From Sphagnum compactum (Eukaryota): a stretch of DNA of 64,000 nt. This document shows positions 49,278 to 62,309 of the stretch, piece by piece. The DNA lies in NCBI GenBank assembly GCA_965153455.1, contig OZ234493.1:17040213-17104212 (forward strand), in the 5' to 3' direction. The notes below the pieces were generated by a model. It ran no database searches and was not told where the DNA came from. It was given only the letters and a program-made list of their open reading frames with translations. The position numbers were made by a program, and so were the translations under genes. Position 1 is the first letter of the stretch; each line of letters opens with the position of its first letter.

Positions 49278-52200
49278 GTCTACAAAGCAACTTTGTGGTT
49301 TATTTCGGTGTCTAAAATTACACCAAAATATGAAGATTATGTAGTTTTTTCAATCTAAATTGTGTTGACTACAACTAAACTTATTGTACTAAAGGTAAAC
49401 TAATTGTACCAATAGAAAAAAACTCAGGTTCACTTGTAAACATCAGAAATTATTCATCATTTGTGATGTCATTTTGAACATAGTAAAATTTCTAGTCTTT
49501 TCAAATTAGTGCCAAAATGCTTTATCAATAATATAGTTCTAACAATACCATTTCCCTATATTTTAATCATGTTATTTCCCTAGTCATGCGCTACTTTGGC
49601 ATTCATGAACCATGCATGGTCTACCCAACAACATGGAATAACTAAAATCTACAACAATGTTCTATAAGATTACGAATATGGCTATATATGGTATACCATG
49701 CACATACGTCTTCAAATCTCTTATCAATCCTACTAGTTTTGTGGGGGTTTGATTTGCCATCCACAAATTATAAGGTGCAAGTTTAAGTTTAACTAACATT
49801 AACCTAGTTTTTAATTATTGAGTGATGATATTTTCCCTTAACCCACCATCCAAGAATAAGTCAACATCAATAGTGTTTTCCTTATTTAAACTTGGATAGC
49901 AACCATGTGATTGTTTATAACAACTGTTGTTATGCCAATATTAGGTACTACAAATGTAGTCAACTTATTAGTAATGGGTTTAGTATGGATTTGTTGTTTA
50001 TTTGATTTCAATTTCTACCACATATATTTCTTTAGGTTTGGTGGAATTTGAATAATTGTCCAAGGTTTAATGTATAACTACTTTCCAACATATGTTTATT
50101 GATATCTTGAAAGATTTTCTCTACAAATATAAGCTTGCTTGGAAAGGTAAATAATAAAGATGGATAATGAAAATTTCATAATAAGGGAAAAAATGATATG
50201 GGACTAAAATATATTTTATATTTTATATTTAATCATTTTCATTAACAATGTAGGAATTTTTTTAAAATACCATCATGAAATGGGTGTTAAAAAAACCTCA
50301 TTGTTGTCAATGACACTTTATATGTAGTGTGTGAAAGACTAGGGCACATTGAAAATAAATAATTTAAAAGAAAAACCCCCATTGTCATGTGTACAATACT
50401 AGGTTGTTTGAAGAAATATAAGGCACATAAATCTAAATATTATTTTATTTCAAAAATTCATTGTCATCAATGACATTAGGTTGTTTAAAAATAACTAAGG
50501 CATCCAAAACCCATTGTCATCAACAACATTATTTAAATTTGAAGAAAGTTGTGACATCCTTTTAAAAAAAGAAAAAAAACAATCCCCCATTATTGTCAAC
50601 AACAATTATAAGTAGGTTTAAGGGAAGTTGTGGCACCCTTGGAGAGAGGGGGAAAAAACTCCATTGTCATCAATGACATTGGGTCAATTTGCCTACGGGA
50701 AAAAAAATAAAAATAAATTAAAGAATAAACTTTTAAATTTTTTTGTAAATGTTTTTGAAAAAAAACGATGACCATATTGTGGATGTTAGCATAATAATAG
50801 TAATGTAGTTCAAAACATATTGAAAATAATGGCATATTGGACCATAATCATGAAATACATTTATAATGGAATTTACATTGTATTATTCAACAAATGTAAT
50901 ATCATATAAATTAAAATATGTTTCATGAAACTTTAATTAATTAAAATTATTTAAAAATTTTCATTGATAAAAACTTAATGATAAATAAAACATGCATCGA
51001 TAATTTTGATGGAAGTTCTATTTGTTGAAAACATGTAAATTCGATTTTTTCATCCATACATTAGATGACTGAAAAAATCATTCATCCATGACAAAAATGA
51101 ATGTTTACATTCATCCCTATGTTTGTTTCTAAATTTACTTGTACAACATTCATCTTGTGGCTAAATTCTTGCGTTTTACTTGCATGTGCAAACGGCAAAA
51201 TGCATCTTACCATCCCAAGTTCCAACTTCAAGCTTCAATCTTAGGCCTCTAAGCTCAAGCGATAGCTTGCCTCATAGCACAAGTAGTGGAAAAATTGCAC
51301 TATCATTGGTTGGACAAAAACACGTTTAGACACATTAAACTTCGTAATCCTTAAAATCAAATATTAGATAGTAATAATACCCAAAAAAGTGGAGATATGA
51401 AAACTCACCCCCATTTGAGTCTCCTAACTCTTGTAATGAATTTTGCAACCATATGCAAAATATGTTCCCTCCAAGATGATTACACAATGGACGTTACTAG
51501 CCCTCAAGCTTTCAATAAGAGTTGTTCATCCATTCATTAAAACTATAGGATTCAAAACCTATATTTTCATACTTTGATTCTCTCTCTTGTTCCATAATAT
51601 ATTCTGTATGTTGATACTCGGCAAGATGTATTTTGTAAACATTGGAACTTGATATTGCCATGGAAAGATTTTCAAAATAGAGGGCCAAATGTTTCCAACA
51701 ACAAATCATCTAGCAAGTCATTCGAAAATTGTCCCGTTGCAACTTCATCACCTTAATAGCACTTGTAAGCATTCTTAGCAAACACATTTGCTTCTAACCT
51801 CCAAAGTTGCAAGCTCACCAGAAGTTCTACGCATGTGATGGCTGGTAGGCTTGAATGTAGGGCTTCATAGGCACACGTAAGAAAACTAATTGTTAGATCA
51901 AACTTTATGACAAAATGGAAATTGTAGGAGTGCATGGCCAATGGAGAATATTTTTTGGGCTTTGTTAGTTCACATTTAATACCTACCTTACGATGGCCCT
52001 AATGAACACCATCTTCAAATATTGAAAATGAATAGTCCCTATTAACTATGGCCCTACTTGTTTACTTCCTTTTCTACTTGAACAAGGTAATGTACTTGTG
52101 GGCTTCAATTTTTAGCTACAATTCAAATTATTTTTTTCTAGGAACATGTTATGGTAGCTCCTTGATTATGGTTTATTGGTTCTAAAACATAATCATTTCC

Positions 52201-52599
52201 CCAATTTGGACTTCAATAAGTAGGTTGAAAATAGATTTGAATGAAAATCCTGATTTTGGGGTTTAGATCTACTTTCATCCCACTTTGTGTCAACACTGCC
52301 ACAACTTGATAATACACTAGTGCACCATAATGCATATGTAGGCCTCCTTTATTTTGGTGTTCTATGTTATATGGACCTTCTTGCACTCAATTTTTTAAAA
52401 CCAGAAAAAACCATGTGTCTCATCAAGTACAAATGAAAGTAGAATGATTCTTTGGTTTCATTTCCATTTTTTTCATAAAGTACAAATCATGTAAGCTCCC
52501 TTACAACAAGGTAGGCTTTTGCGAACATAAGCAAAAATCACATGTTGTACTGTCAAAAACAAGATCTTACCAAAATGACCAACATGAACCCCCTTGCGC

Positions 52600-54710
52600 C
52601 ATGCTTGAAGTAGGTAGAATTTCATATGTTGATGCACCCTATAGGATCCGTAGGTGGAGAAAATGTCAATCACTTGCTCAAACATTTGTGATTGAGTTAT
52701 TTAACATCAAGCATAGGCTGAATGAAAATAAGAGGAACGACACATTGCATAAAATGTTTGAACATGATATGGTTCAATCAAACTTGCTAGAAATTGCCCA
52801 AAAAGCCAAGGATGCAAAGAGGTTATGTAAGGTTCTTGAGAGTGTCAAATCTACTTATGCTTACATGGCTATAAACAAAAGTAATGAAAATGTGGTGCAT
52901 TGCTTTTTGTTGTTGTGTCTAGTAAACATAAAGCTTCCCAAAGTTTTATGTCCAGAACTATTGGTGTTAGTAGGTATTCCTTGAGGAAGGCCGTTGTTAG
53001 ACAAATACATGTGGACCAAATTGGGGAGAACATTTAGGGGGGGCTTCCTTGAAAATGGCAATGTGATGTGCTTGATGAAAAGGACTACAACTTCATCAAG
53101 GGTTGGTGGGATACAACAACAACAATCTCACCAAATAGGAAGGATGTTAAGAGGAAAAGAATTAATGCAAAAACATTTGAGTAGCATGCCACCCATACTT
53201 ACAAGAATCATAGGTACTTCAATTTATAATTTTGCCATTTAACTACATGTGTGATGCTTGTTAAAGATTTCCTAATTTTGAAACTCAAGCAATGGGGTAC
53301 TTGATTTGAAATATTTTTTACTTGCAAAGAAATAATGTAGTAACAAGGGCTTACTTGACAAGACGTGAATGTAGTAGTGGACAGTGAGATCCCTCTAGCT
53401 ACCTGCTTAAATCTACTATTCTATGGTGACTAATACTTCTACATGCATTTAGTTCTCTTACATGTTCAATCTCTTATGTCACACTAAATATATTTGGGGT
53501 TGAAATTGTACAAAATACTTGTTTAGCATTTGAGGTAAATGTGGAACCCTCATTTGTACTTGTTAGAATTGTAATATTGTACTTGCATCTACTTACAAGT
53601 GTCTAATGTTATTTGTAGTATTGTGATCTTATTTGTTTTTCTGGAGTAAGCTAGTAGTCATAATAAGTGTCTACCTTCATTTGTGATTTATAAAACATGT
53701 TGTCTATTGCCTGCTACTTGGAACTAGGTAGGCAAATACTTGTTTAGGTGGTTTTACTTATATGGCTCTGGTGTTACTTGTTGTTTTAATAGTATGTGGT
53801 AATCATGGTAAGTTTGTAGTACTTGTCATGATATGTATTCTACTTGTGTGTTATTAAAAATTAGTTAGTAGGTACTTGTTGGGTGTGGTTTTACTTGTTG
53901 TTTTAGTTGTAGTATGGTACCCAAGTTAAATGTACATATTTTAACTTGTAGTTGACATCATACGTATTTTACTTGCGTGCTACTAAGAACTAAGTGTTGA
54001 ATATTTATTTTAGGGTTTTTTGGACTTGTATAATTTTAATGTTATTTCCTAAATTAATGGCAACATAATTTATTGTGCATTACAACTCAAATGGTATGTT
54101 TGTACATGTTAAATTATGTCATGTTGCATTCACATGACCTCTAAGCGCTTGGTAGTTGCTAACCAACTACCTATTCTACTTACAAGACCTTTGTTGTTGC
54201 TTATTATTTTAGTAGTGTATATTATTTTAGTCTTTTAAGACCACTATTCTAAAATACTGAATTTTGATTTGAGCCTAGAACTTGATCCATACTTGGTCTA
54301 ACCTAGTGTGGTTATCTATGTGCTTCGAGCAGTTGGACTTCTACACATGGTTTTTGAAGGAGCATTTTAACTGCCAAATCAAGCTATGGACATTTGAAAA
54401 ATTTAAACCATACTATGTGAAGAGACTAAAAGAACGAAATAATTGTGCCTACAAATATCATGTTGAAATGGTAGAACTAAGGCATGGGTTTAACAACATG
54501 CAATTTGCAACTAAAGGCATCCATGGTCGAGATTGCAATTGTGATTGTGATATTTGCCAAGTTGGTCTTCTTGGTCAATGTAGTGTACCACTACCAATTT
54601 TCTAGAGTAATGGATTTGTGGACCTCAATACTCTACCCTCCCCATGATTTACAATGGCATAATTCAACCTATTTAACAAGGACCTATGCATAATGTGGAA
54701 TTGACATGTT
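52600..54710 (+). mobile_element. Decayed DNA-transposon ORF (Cys-rich, possibly Sola2-like)
   Basis: FEKFKPYYVKRLKERNNCAYKYHVEMVEL...GIHGRDCNCDCDIC (about 54390-54560) resembles the Cys/His region preceding the catalytic domain in Sola2-type transposases (recollection, not searched). Catalytic region not seen. Confidence 0.35.
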
Positions 54711-55599
54711 GATCTCATTTTCTAAACCGTTTCACGTTTTTTCCTTGAATACATATCCTCTTTTGCATTTTTGATTTCGATATTGAGAAGTTGCTTCTTG
54801 ACGAAAGCCATTATCCATATTAACTTGCACAAATTGGAAGTAAAGCAAAAACTCAAGACTCATGTAAAGCAAAAACTGAATGCACAATAAAATAAACCAA
54901 AAAAACACAAGAAAATTAATTTGACAAAGTTATGGAAAAACTTAACACTTGTGATTTTCATAAACACCAAACGTGATTCCAAAGCACGCATCTAAAGCAA
55001 GCGGGCATGAACAAGAGAAGATGGAAACATAATGTTGATTATTGCACTAGGAAAAAAGACGAATGCCCTATTACAACTACTTCAATGTAGTTGGTCTTAG
55101 GAACCTTAAAGCTTATAGGAAGCCTATAGTTGGCAGGAGAGTGGGAATGTGGACAACATTTGAAATTCCTAGCAGTAGTTCTATTTGAAAACCATTTTTT
55201 GAAAATTTTGCAAAAAGCATCCATTGTCCACTTGACCATGCCTACACCCTATGGAGGGTTTCCTCTTGGTTCTAATGGTATTAGTTTGGTAATAACTTTT
55301 GTATGTGACGGTATTCTTGTGGTTAAATGTACTACATATATCCCTAGTATAAAACTAGTTGGTACTATTATGGTGACATGTGAATGATTTCCTTGTGTCG
55401 TCACAATAGGTTCAATAAATACCATATTGTGCAAAGGAAAATTCTCTATTGATACTATAGGAATTCATCAGTTTCCTATGGGTATTAGATATCTTTCTTC
55501 ATGAGCATGCATAGGCCTATTTTAGTATGCAACTTCTACAGTTATCCCATACACCACATTTTTTGGTGTTGCACAAAATTGTGGTCCTATTTCACCTAC

Positions 55600-56250
55600 T
55601 CCAACATGAAGTGATACACTCTTGTATTGTTTGGTGCAACGTCTGCCACTTGTTTGTTCCACATTCATGGCATAAATCCATTGCATTTGAAAGTTGTGCT
55701 ACTTACACAACGTAGACCAAGATGAGATGTAGTCATCCTAACTTTCTTTGGAACAAAATGTGGTTGTCTAATCAATCAAAGTACCCTCGCACATCACACC
55801 TTTTTGTAATGTAAACTATTTTTTTGGACTTTCATTGTTATGTCGAGTCTGCAATGTCCTGAGGCATGATCATTGAGTTATTATCCTCTTCCATATCCAA
55901 CTCAATTTATACTTTGGTTTGGAAATGATTGATCATTGCATTTTGTATATTTTTTTCAATAAAAGGACATTTGGTAAGAGCATGGCCCTCTTGTTTGCAA
56001 AAACTATAGTACTTGGGTGTAGGTTTGGATTCTTGATCTACACCTTGAACAAATATACTCCATACCCATCCTCTAGGTATAAGTATGTTTTGTCGACTTT
56101 GCCTAACCTTGGATCCATTGTGTTGGAATACATTGACATTGGTTGTTGCCTTCATTCCTACATTGTTTATTGTTATTAGTGGAATGTTATGCTCAACTTT
56201 GATCTCCATCCTTGATCAGTACTCTACACTCCTTAATTTGCAAAAGTGTC
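55600..56250 (-). mobile_element. Gag-like retroelement remnant with degenerate zinc knuckle
   Basis: ORF 55907..56209 contains YSFCKQEGHALTKCP, a CX2CX4HX4C knuckle with the first Cys replaced by Tyr. Surrounding frames are broken. Confidence 0.45.
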
Positions 56251-57888
56251 CTCCTTCTGATATTTTGTTTGAAATATAGTTTCTACATACTCTAATATTC
56301 TATGTTTAAAAAAAATTGTGATTTCCATTTCTACATTTTTTTCATTTTTACCTTTCTCTTATTTCGTTCTCATGTTTTATTTTTCTTTTCTTTTCTTCTT
56401 TTTCCTTTTTTCTGTTTTTCTTTTTTCTTGTATATATATATTATCTTTTGTGTTTTCTCCCTTTCTTTTCTATTTTTCTTTCATTCTTTCTTGTTCTTTT
56501 ACCTTTTTTTCATTTCATCTTTTGTCCTTTTGCAGAAACCAGGGTGAACTCAGAAGGAGCAGTTGCGTTGATACCTTCACATTATTGGGAGCAAGGCCTC
56601 TTAATGGCGGTAGTGAAGGTACCGAAGCACATGTACTCTGGAGGTCTCTTGACAACTATATTTAAACCAACAACATTATCAATGGACAAGTGCTTATTAT
56701 AGGTGTTGTTTTGCCCAAGGCTGCATGTGTCTAGGGGTAACTAGTGTAGGCAAAAGCGTAAGATGAACAAAGTCTCGAGAAACAGAAATTGTACCATGCA
56801 CCCCAAGAGGTTGATTTTTTTCTTTTGGGAAAGGATGTGGATTTTGATGTTCCCATACGAAGTTTTCAATGTGTTCACATAACATTACCAGTGCATTCAC
56901 ACCATGTTCTTATTATTTTGTCAACATATTATTCAAACTTTTGGCAAAAGTTGAACTTTCATAGCAGATATAGGTGCAAAGGCAACTAAGTAATAGCATT
57001 CGCAGGTTCAGTGCAATAAAGAGAAAAGGAATGCAGGAAAATTTTGACACCATAACAAGGTTTAGAAAATAAACCCAGTGGCATAATTCCAAGGGTTTAC
57101 TCAGGCTTCAAACCAACACAATGCATATGGGTTAAAAGTGGTGCGAAAGAAGGTGTTGAATTCCAGCATGCATTATTTAGAAAATAAAAGAGGCAAAATG
57201 AAGACATGAGGTTGGAACCCCACTCTAAAACCAGCTATGGATATAGGTGCATCAGATTTTGTAATTTTATTGCCTTGGTTTGAAATTTGGACCATAGGTG
57301 CATAACAAGGGCTTCTAACTCATGCAATTTGCAAAACTGAGAAAAAATGTAAAACAAAAAAAGTGATTCAACTATATAATTTGATTAAAAATGCACAAAA
57401 CCCTCTCGTAAAACGAGCTTTGGATATAGGTGCATCAGTTTTTGTAATTTTATGTGCATGTAAATAATTTTTCCTGATCACTTTAAGAGGCCTCATACAA
57501 ATAAGTTTTAGACTTTGAGCTAAATTGGAAAACCTGCAGTTGATCACATGGTCACATTGTTTTCTTAATTCTTTAGAACTCTTTGAAATTTTGGTCCAAA
57601 TTAACTACTTACATGTTTAGACTCCTTGAATGGAAAAATTTGAAAACAACAAAAAAAAACAGAAAATTGATGCAATTTTGGAAAAAAAAAATGGACAATG
57701 CTAAAAACACAGTGGATTAATTGGGGCAATTTTGGCAAATTTGTTTTGCCCAATAATTGGATGGGTTGCAAATTTTTCCACTACCCATATTTGAAGAATA
57801 TGAGGAAACAAATGAGAATCCAGCAACACCCTAATTGACCAATCAGTTGATTCAGGTATCAACTTTTACAAATTAAAACCTAACAACA

Positions 57889-57986
57889 CCCCATCCTTGT
57901 GTAGGTTGCCATGGAAAACAAATGAAACACAATGAGTCTCATCAGGGTTTCATTTGTTTTCCATGGCAACCTACACAAGGATGGGG
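57889..57986. repeat. Perfect inverted repeat: 40-bp arms, 18-nt spacer
   Basis: CCCCATCCTTGTGTAGGTTGCCATGGAAAACAAATGAAAC (57889-57928) is the exact reverse complement of 57947-57986. Confidence 0.95.
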
Positions 57987-58599
57987 AGGCATATGTCTTA
58001 ATCCACTAGAAATACCAAAAAGAAAGCACATGCAAGTCTTGAAATGCACCCACAAAGACCACTCGGTTCACACAACACAAAAACCTACAAAGTGCTAGAG
58101 CTATTTCACAAAACTTGTTACCAAGTATACAAACAACTATCAATTATGTAAGGTGGAGGTTGCACAAACTAGTTGGAAGAGGAAAGGGTGAATGCTCCAT
58201 AACAAATCATGAAGTCAATTATTTGCATAACCCGTCAACCATCATTTGCCTCTCCAAACAATCCATTTTGTCCAAACATAACAGTTCATTCAATTCATAT
58301 GTTCCAAGAGGACAATGTATGGACAAAGCATCCAGGACAAAAGGAGGCAATATTTGGAATATGTTGTGTAGTCGATGGGAACCAAAATCCAATAAATTGA
58401 AGACCTTCACCTCCAGGCCCCCACACCACAAAAAAGATGAGAATCCAGTTCTTAAAATGCAGGGTACCACACCTCAGGAGCTGCCAACAATTTTTTATGC
58501 ATGCTTGTGCCTTTGACCATTTTTGGCAGTTGGTAAGGACATGAGGCGTGAGGAATTACATGTAATTTAGGGGAGGAAAATTGAAGTCAATTTTTGGTC

Positions 58600-59800
58600 T
58601 TTCAAAGTTGATTAAGGGTAAACTTGGCTAAACTCACATATATTAGGTTAAATAAAATTATTTTGATTAAATTAGCATAAATTAGGTCAAACTTGACTAA
58701 ACTCACATAATTCAAGCTACACACAATGATTTTGGCTAAACTAAAATAAATTAGGCTAAATTTGACTAAACTCACATAAACTAAGCTATACATCAGTATT
58801 TTGGCTAAAATAAAATAAACTAGGTTAAACTTGTCCTAACTCACATAAACTTGATGAAACTAAAAGACACTAGATTAAACTTGGCTCACATACATTAGGC
58901 TATACACAATTATTTTGGTTAAATTAAAATAAATTAAGCTAAAATGGCTTAAACTCAAATAAATTATGTTGAACACAATTATTTAAGCTAAATTAGCATG
59001 TTTGGCTAAATTTGGCAAAACCCACATAAATTACACTCAGCACAATTATTTTGATTAAATTAGCATAACTTCAGTTAAATTTGGCTAAATTCACATATTG
59101 TATACACAATTGTTTTGGTCAAAGTGAAATAAATTAAGCTAAACGTTGTTAAACTCAGATAAATTAGGCTAGACTGACATAAACTTGACAAAAAAGGGGG
59201 TTAAACTTGGTTAAATTCACATAAACTTGGCAAAATTAAATTAAATTAGGTTAACCTTGGCTAAATGCACATAAACTTGGCAAAAATAAAATAGGTTAAA
59301 TGTGACTAAACTCACATAAACTAGGCCATAAGTAATTGTTTTGGCTAAACTAAAAGATAATTAGGCTAAACTTGGTTAAATTAAGTTGAATTAAAAAATG
59401 AAGGTTAAATTTGGTGAATGTGAATAAATTAAGGTAAACTTAACTAAACTTAGGTAAATAAATTTAAACTTGGTTAAATTTGACTACTTAACCTACACTT
59501 GGGCTGAATTTGGTTAAACTCGATTAAACTATGTCAAATTAGGATATTAAAATGAAATTATATGAAATGAAGAAAAGATAGAATAAAATAAGTTAAACAA
59601 AATTATACTACTTAAAGCAAAATAAATTAGGTTAAACTAAGTTTAATTAAACAACATTAAACTAAAGTAAGCTACTTTAGTTTAAATAAATTAAATTAAA
59701 TTAAATTAGGCTACATTAATATTTTAAGATTAAAATATATTTAAATGAATTATTTAAGTCAGATTTTAAAAAATCAAGTGAAACCAAATTAAACTAAACT
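58600..59800. repeat. Degenerate AT-rich tandem array (AAACTTGGCTAAACTCACATAAATTAGG-like units)
   Basis: Many diverged copies of TTGGCTAAA, CTCACATAAA and TTAGGCTAAA motifs. Related motifs occur at about 29440-29760. Confidence 0.75.
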
Positions 59801-61642
59801 ACAGTAGGTTACAAGAGGCAAATGTTGCATATTATAAAATTTTAGTAGATGTGGGTGTGATTTGCTGGAATAAGTGGAAGCCCCATTCCAACTACATATT
59901 TTCACTTCTTGACCATTTTTTAATAAATGTATTTTGTTGAACAAACATGGACTATCCATTTATTCAGGGTTTTCATATCTTGTCAAAAAACCTAAACAAC
60001 ACAAGTTTGACCATGTTGAATATATTTAAGCTTATTACATGTATTCATAATTATAGTTTTATTTGTTGTCATAATCACTTAAAATCATATTTATAATCAT
60101 GTAGTCATAATCATAACCATAATTATTATAGTTACAATCACTAAAAAAAAATGTAAATACACGATTACATTTGAATACTAGTTGCAAACTATTATAACGA
60201 TAAACACCACATTTTGACATTGTGCCAATAAGAAAAATTTAACGTCACAAACACAGTTACTTTAAGAATATTCTTATTATTCTAATATTTTTGAGCCTAA
60301 GACCTTATCTTTGGTGCTCTTTTTATGTTGGCCGAATGTAGTCACTCCAAGAGTGCTCTCGCAGAAAACCCTTGGCCATTGTTACATCAGTGTTTGTTTA
60401 GGGACTAGGAATCCATCCCATTGTTTGCATCTTTTTTTGGCTTGTGTTTCCTGCACACATACATTCCCTGCAGATTTCCTTATGATCAATAATTTTGTGT
60501 AAGGTATGTCAATACTGGGCAATGTGACCGCACCATTTACAATAATAAACTAGTTGCAACACAACTAAGATTTTTCCCAAAGGTGCGTGTGCAATTTTAA
60601 GGAAATCCCTCTTGGTCTAGTATGAAAATGGGGTCTCGACAAGTTTTCTCCTGCGTCTTGCAATCAACTGGGGGTTCGAGGGCAGGGGGATTCCATTCCA
60701 CACAACAAAAAGTTGGACCATAGGGTGATCTGGGTGGTTTCCCATGGAATTCCTTGAACAATTCTTTGTTATGGGCCTGACTTTGCGAAGGGGTGATTCT
60801 AGAACGTCTTTCAGGGCATTTTCATTGTATGTTGAGTCATATTTTCATAGTGTATTTAAATGCCATTTTCACAGTTTTCGCAAAGTGTTTTCATTGTCAT
60901 ATCCATGGGGTTTTCATGAGTTTCTATTACTTCTTTTTTTTTCAAACATCTTTGGTAAACGTAGTTGTTCTTGTATGTTATTTCCAAGTGGTATTTTCTT
61001 ATCCATTGTCAACTATCATTTCCATCCATTATCTATGGGTGTTTAGAAAACAACTCTTTTGAGACCAACAGCCCACAAAAGGAGAGATTGGAGACAAAGG
61101 TTGACCATGAATTTTATTTCACTTCTGCAACATGGCTGTCCTCCAACAATTGCTGCAATGTAAACTAACCCTGCAGCCTGAAACCCAGAACCTGAACTGA
61201 CCAATTTGCCTTAGTGCTGGCTACCAACCTTGGTACAAAATGTGGCTCTAATTCACTGGCGTAATACAATATTTTAACACATTGAACGTATGGCATAAGA
61301 AATCCTAGTGATTAAACTCTGCATGCCATTTACACATCATGCCAATGCATGATTCTTGCTATCCTATATGCATATCCAACAGCATTCAAGCTCACTTATC
61401 TAGCTTTTCAAGAGGTTACATTAACTGGACTGCCACAAAATCTTGTAAGCCAAGGCAACAATTTTTATTGGATTTGGGATATGTGAGTTCCACACATCTC
61501 AATAAATTACATTTGTGGCACTTCAATTGCACTCTACATAGTTGACTCAATGATCTGAAGTCCAACCTATGTTACAAAGATTCTCACAAGCCAGTTCTAT
61601 AGACTGTTTAACTATCAATTTGGTAGGGGTACATGAGCCTAC

Positions 61643-61699
61643 CAAATCGACTAAATTCATCTTGCTACTCTTGACAGTGCTCATGTCTTCTCCCACACT
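61643..61699 (-). pseudogene. Isolated kinesin-motor-like exon
   Basis: 57-nt segment bounded by TTTCAG and GTAGGC, reading SVGEDMSTVKSSKMNLVDL. This resembles the sequence leading into the kinesin switch II motif (SKLNLVDLAGSE). No other motor exons seen. Confidence 0.5.
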
Positions 61700-62016
61700 C
61701 TGAAATAACATACAAAAGACACCACCATCACCAAGATATCTTCACTGATAAAAGAAAAAGTCAACTGTATTTGGGGTCCCAATAGATGTTGGCTCCCCAA
61801 GAGGACACTGAAAGAGGTCATGTCTAAGAAACATCAGCAAATGTATGCCCTTGCAGATCTGAAAAGTGGCAAACTGCACATGTCCTCGGGCATGTAATCT
61901 TTCCCTACTTTGTTTTTTGCCATCTCCTCCGAGACCTGGATTTAGGACCATATCTCACACGACATGTATATATTCAGTACTTTGTGGAATCCATATCATA
62001 ATCTAAAAACCGCAAC

Positions 62017-62309
62017 CTGGAGAACAGAGTTTATCTTCTTTCTCCAAAATTATGTCTTGTAAATTTGAGCTGCAGTTTTCCACTGCCACAACACACACCA
62101 TGATAAATCCACATTGAGCACATTTTGGATGATGGTAAGGAACACAAAACACACACCTTGAATTCGGCATTCATGTGATGCATAACATTAAAAACAATTT
62201 GAACAGCATGTACACTTACAGTTTTGGGGTTAGGATCCAATATCTGCAAGATGAACCTGCATGCAGCTGGTGAAAACCAGGGAGGGCAAGTGAAATCGGC
62301 TTCGTGTAT
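62017..62309 (-). pseudogene. CIPK/SnRK3-like kinase exon fragments
   Basis: 90-nt exon 62309-62220 (GTGCAG / GTAAGT) encodes IHEADFTCPPWFSPAACRFILQILDPNPKT, typical of CIPK kinase subdomains X-XI. The next exon, 62082-62017 (WKTAAQIYKT*), is truncated. No catalytic-core exons seen upstream in the window. Confidence 0.7.

Noticed and set aside
56302..56702. Phe-rich ORFs resembling membrane proteins
   Set aside because: Produced by a poly-pyrimidine low-complexity tract.
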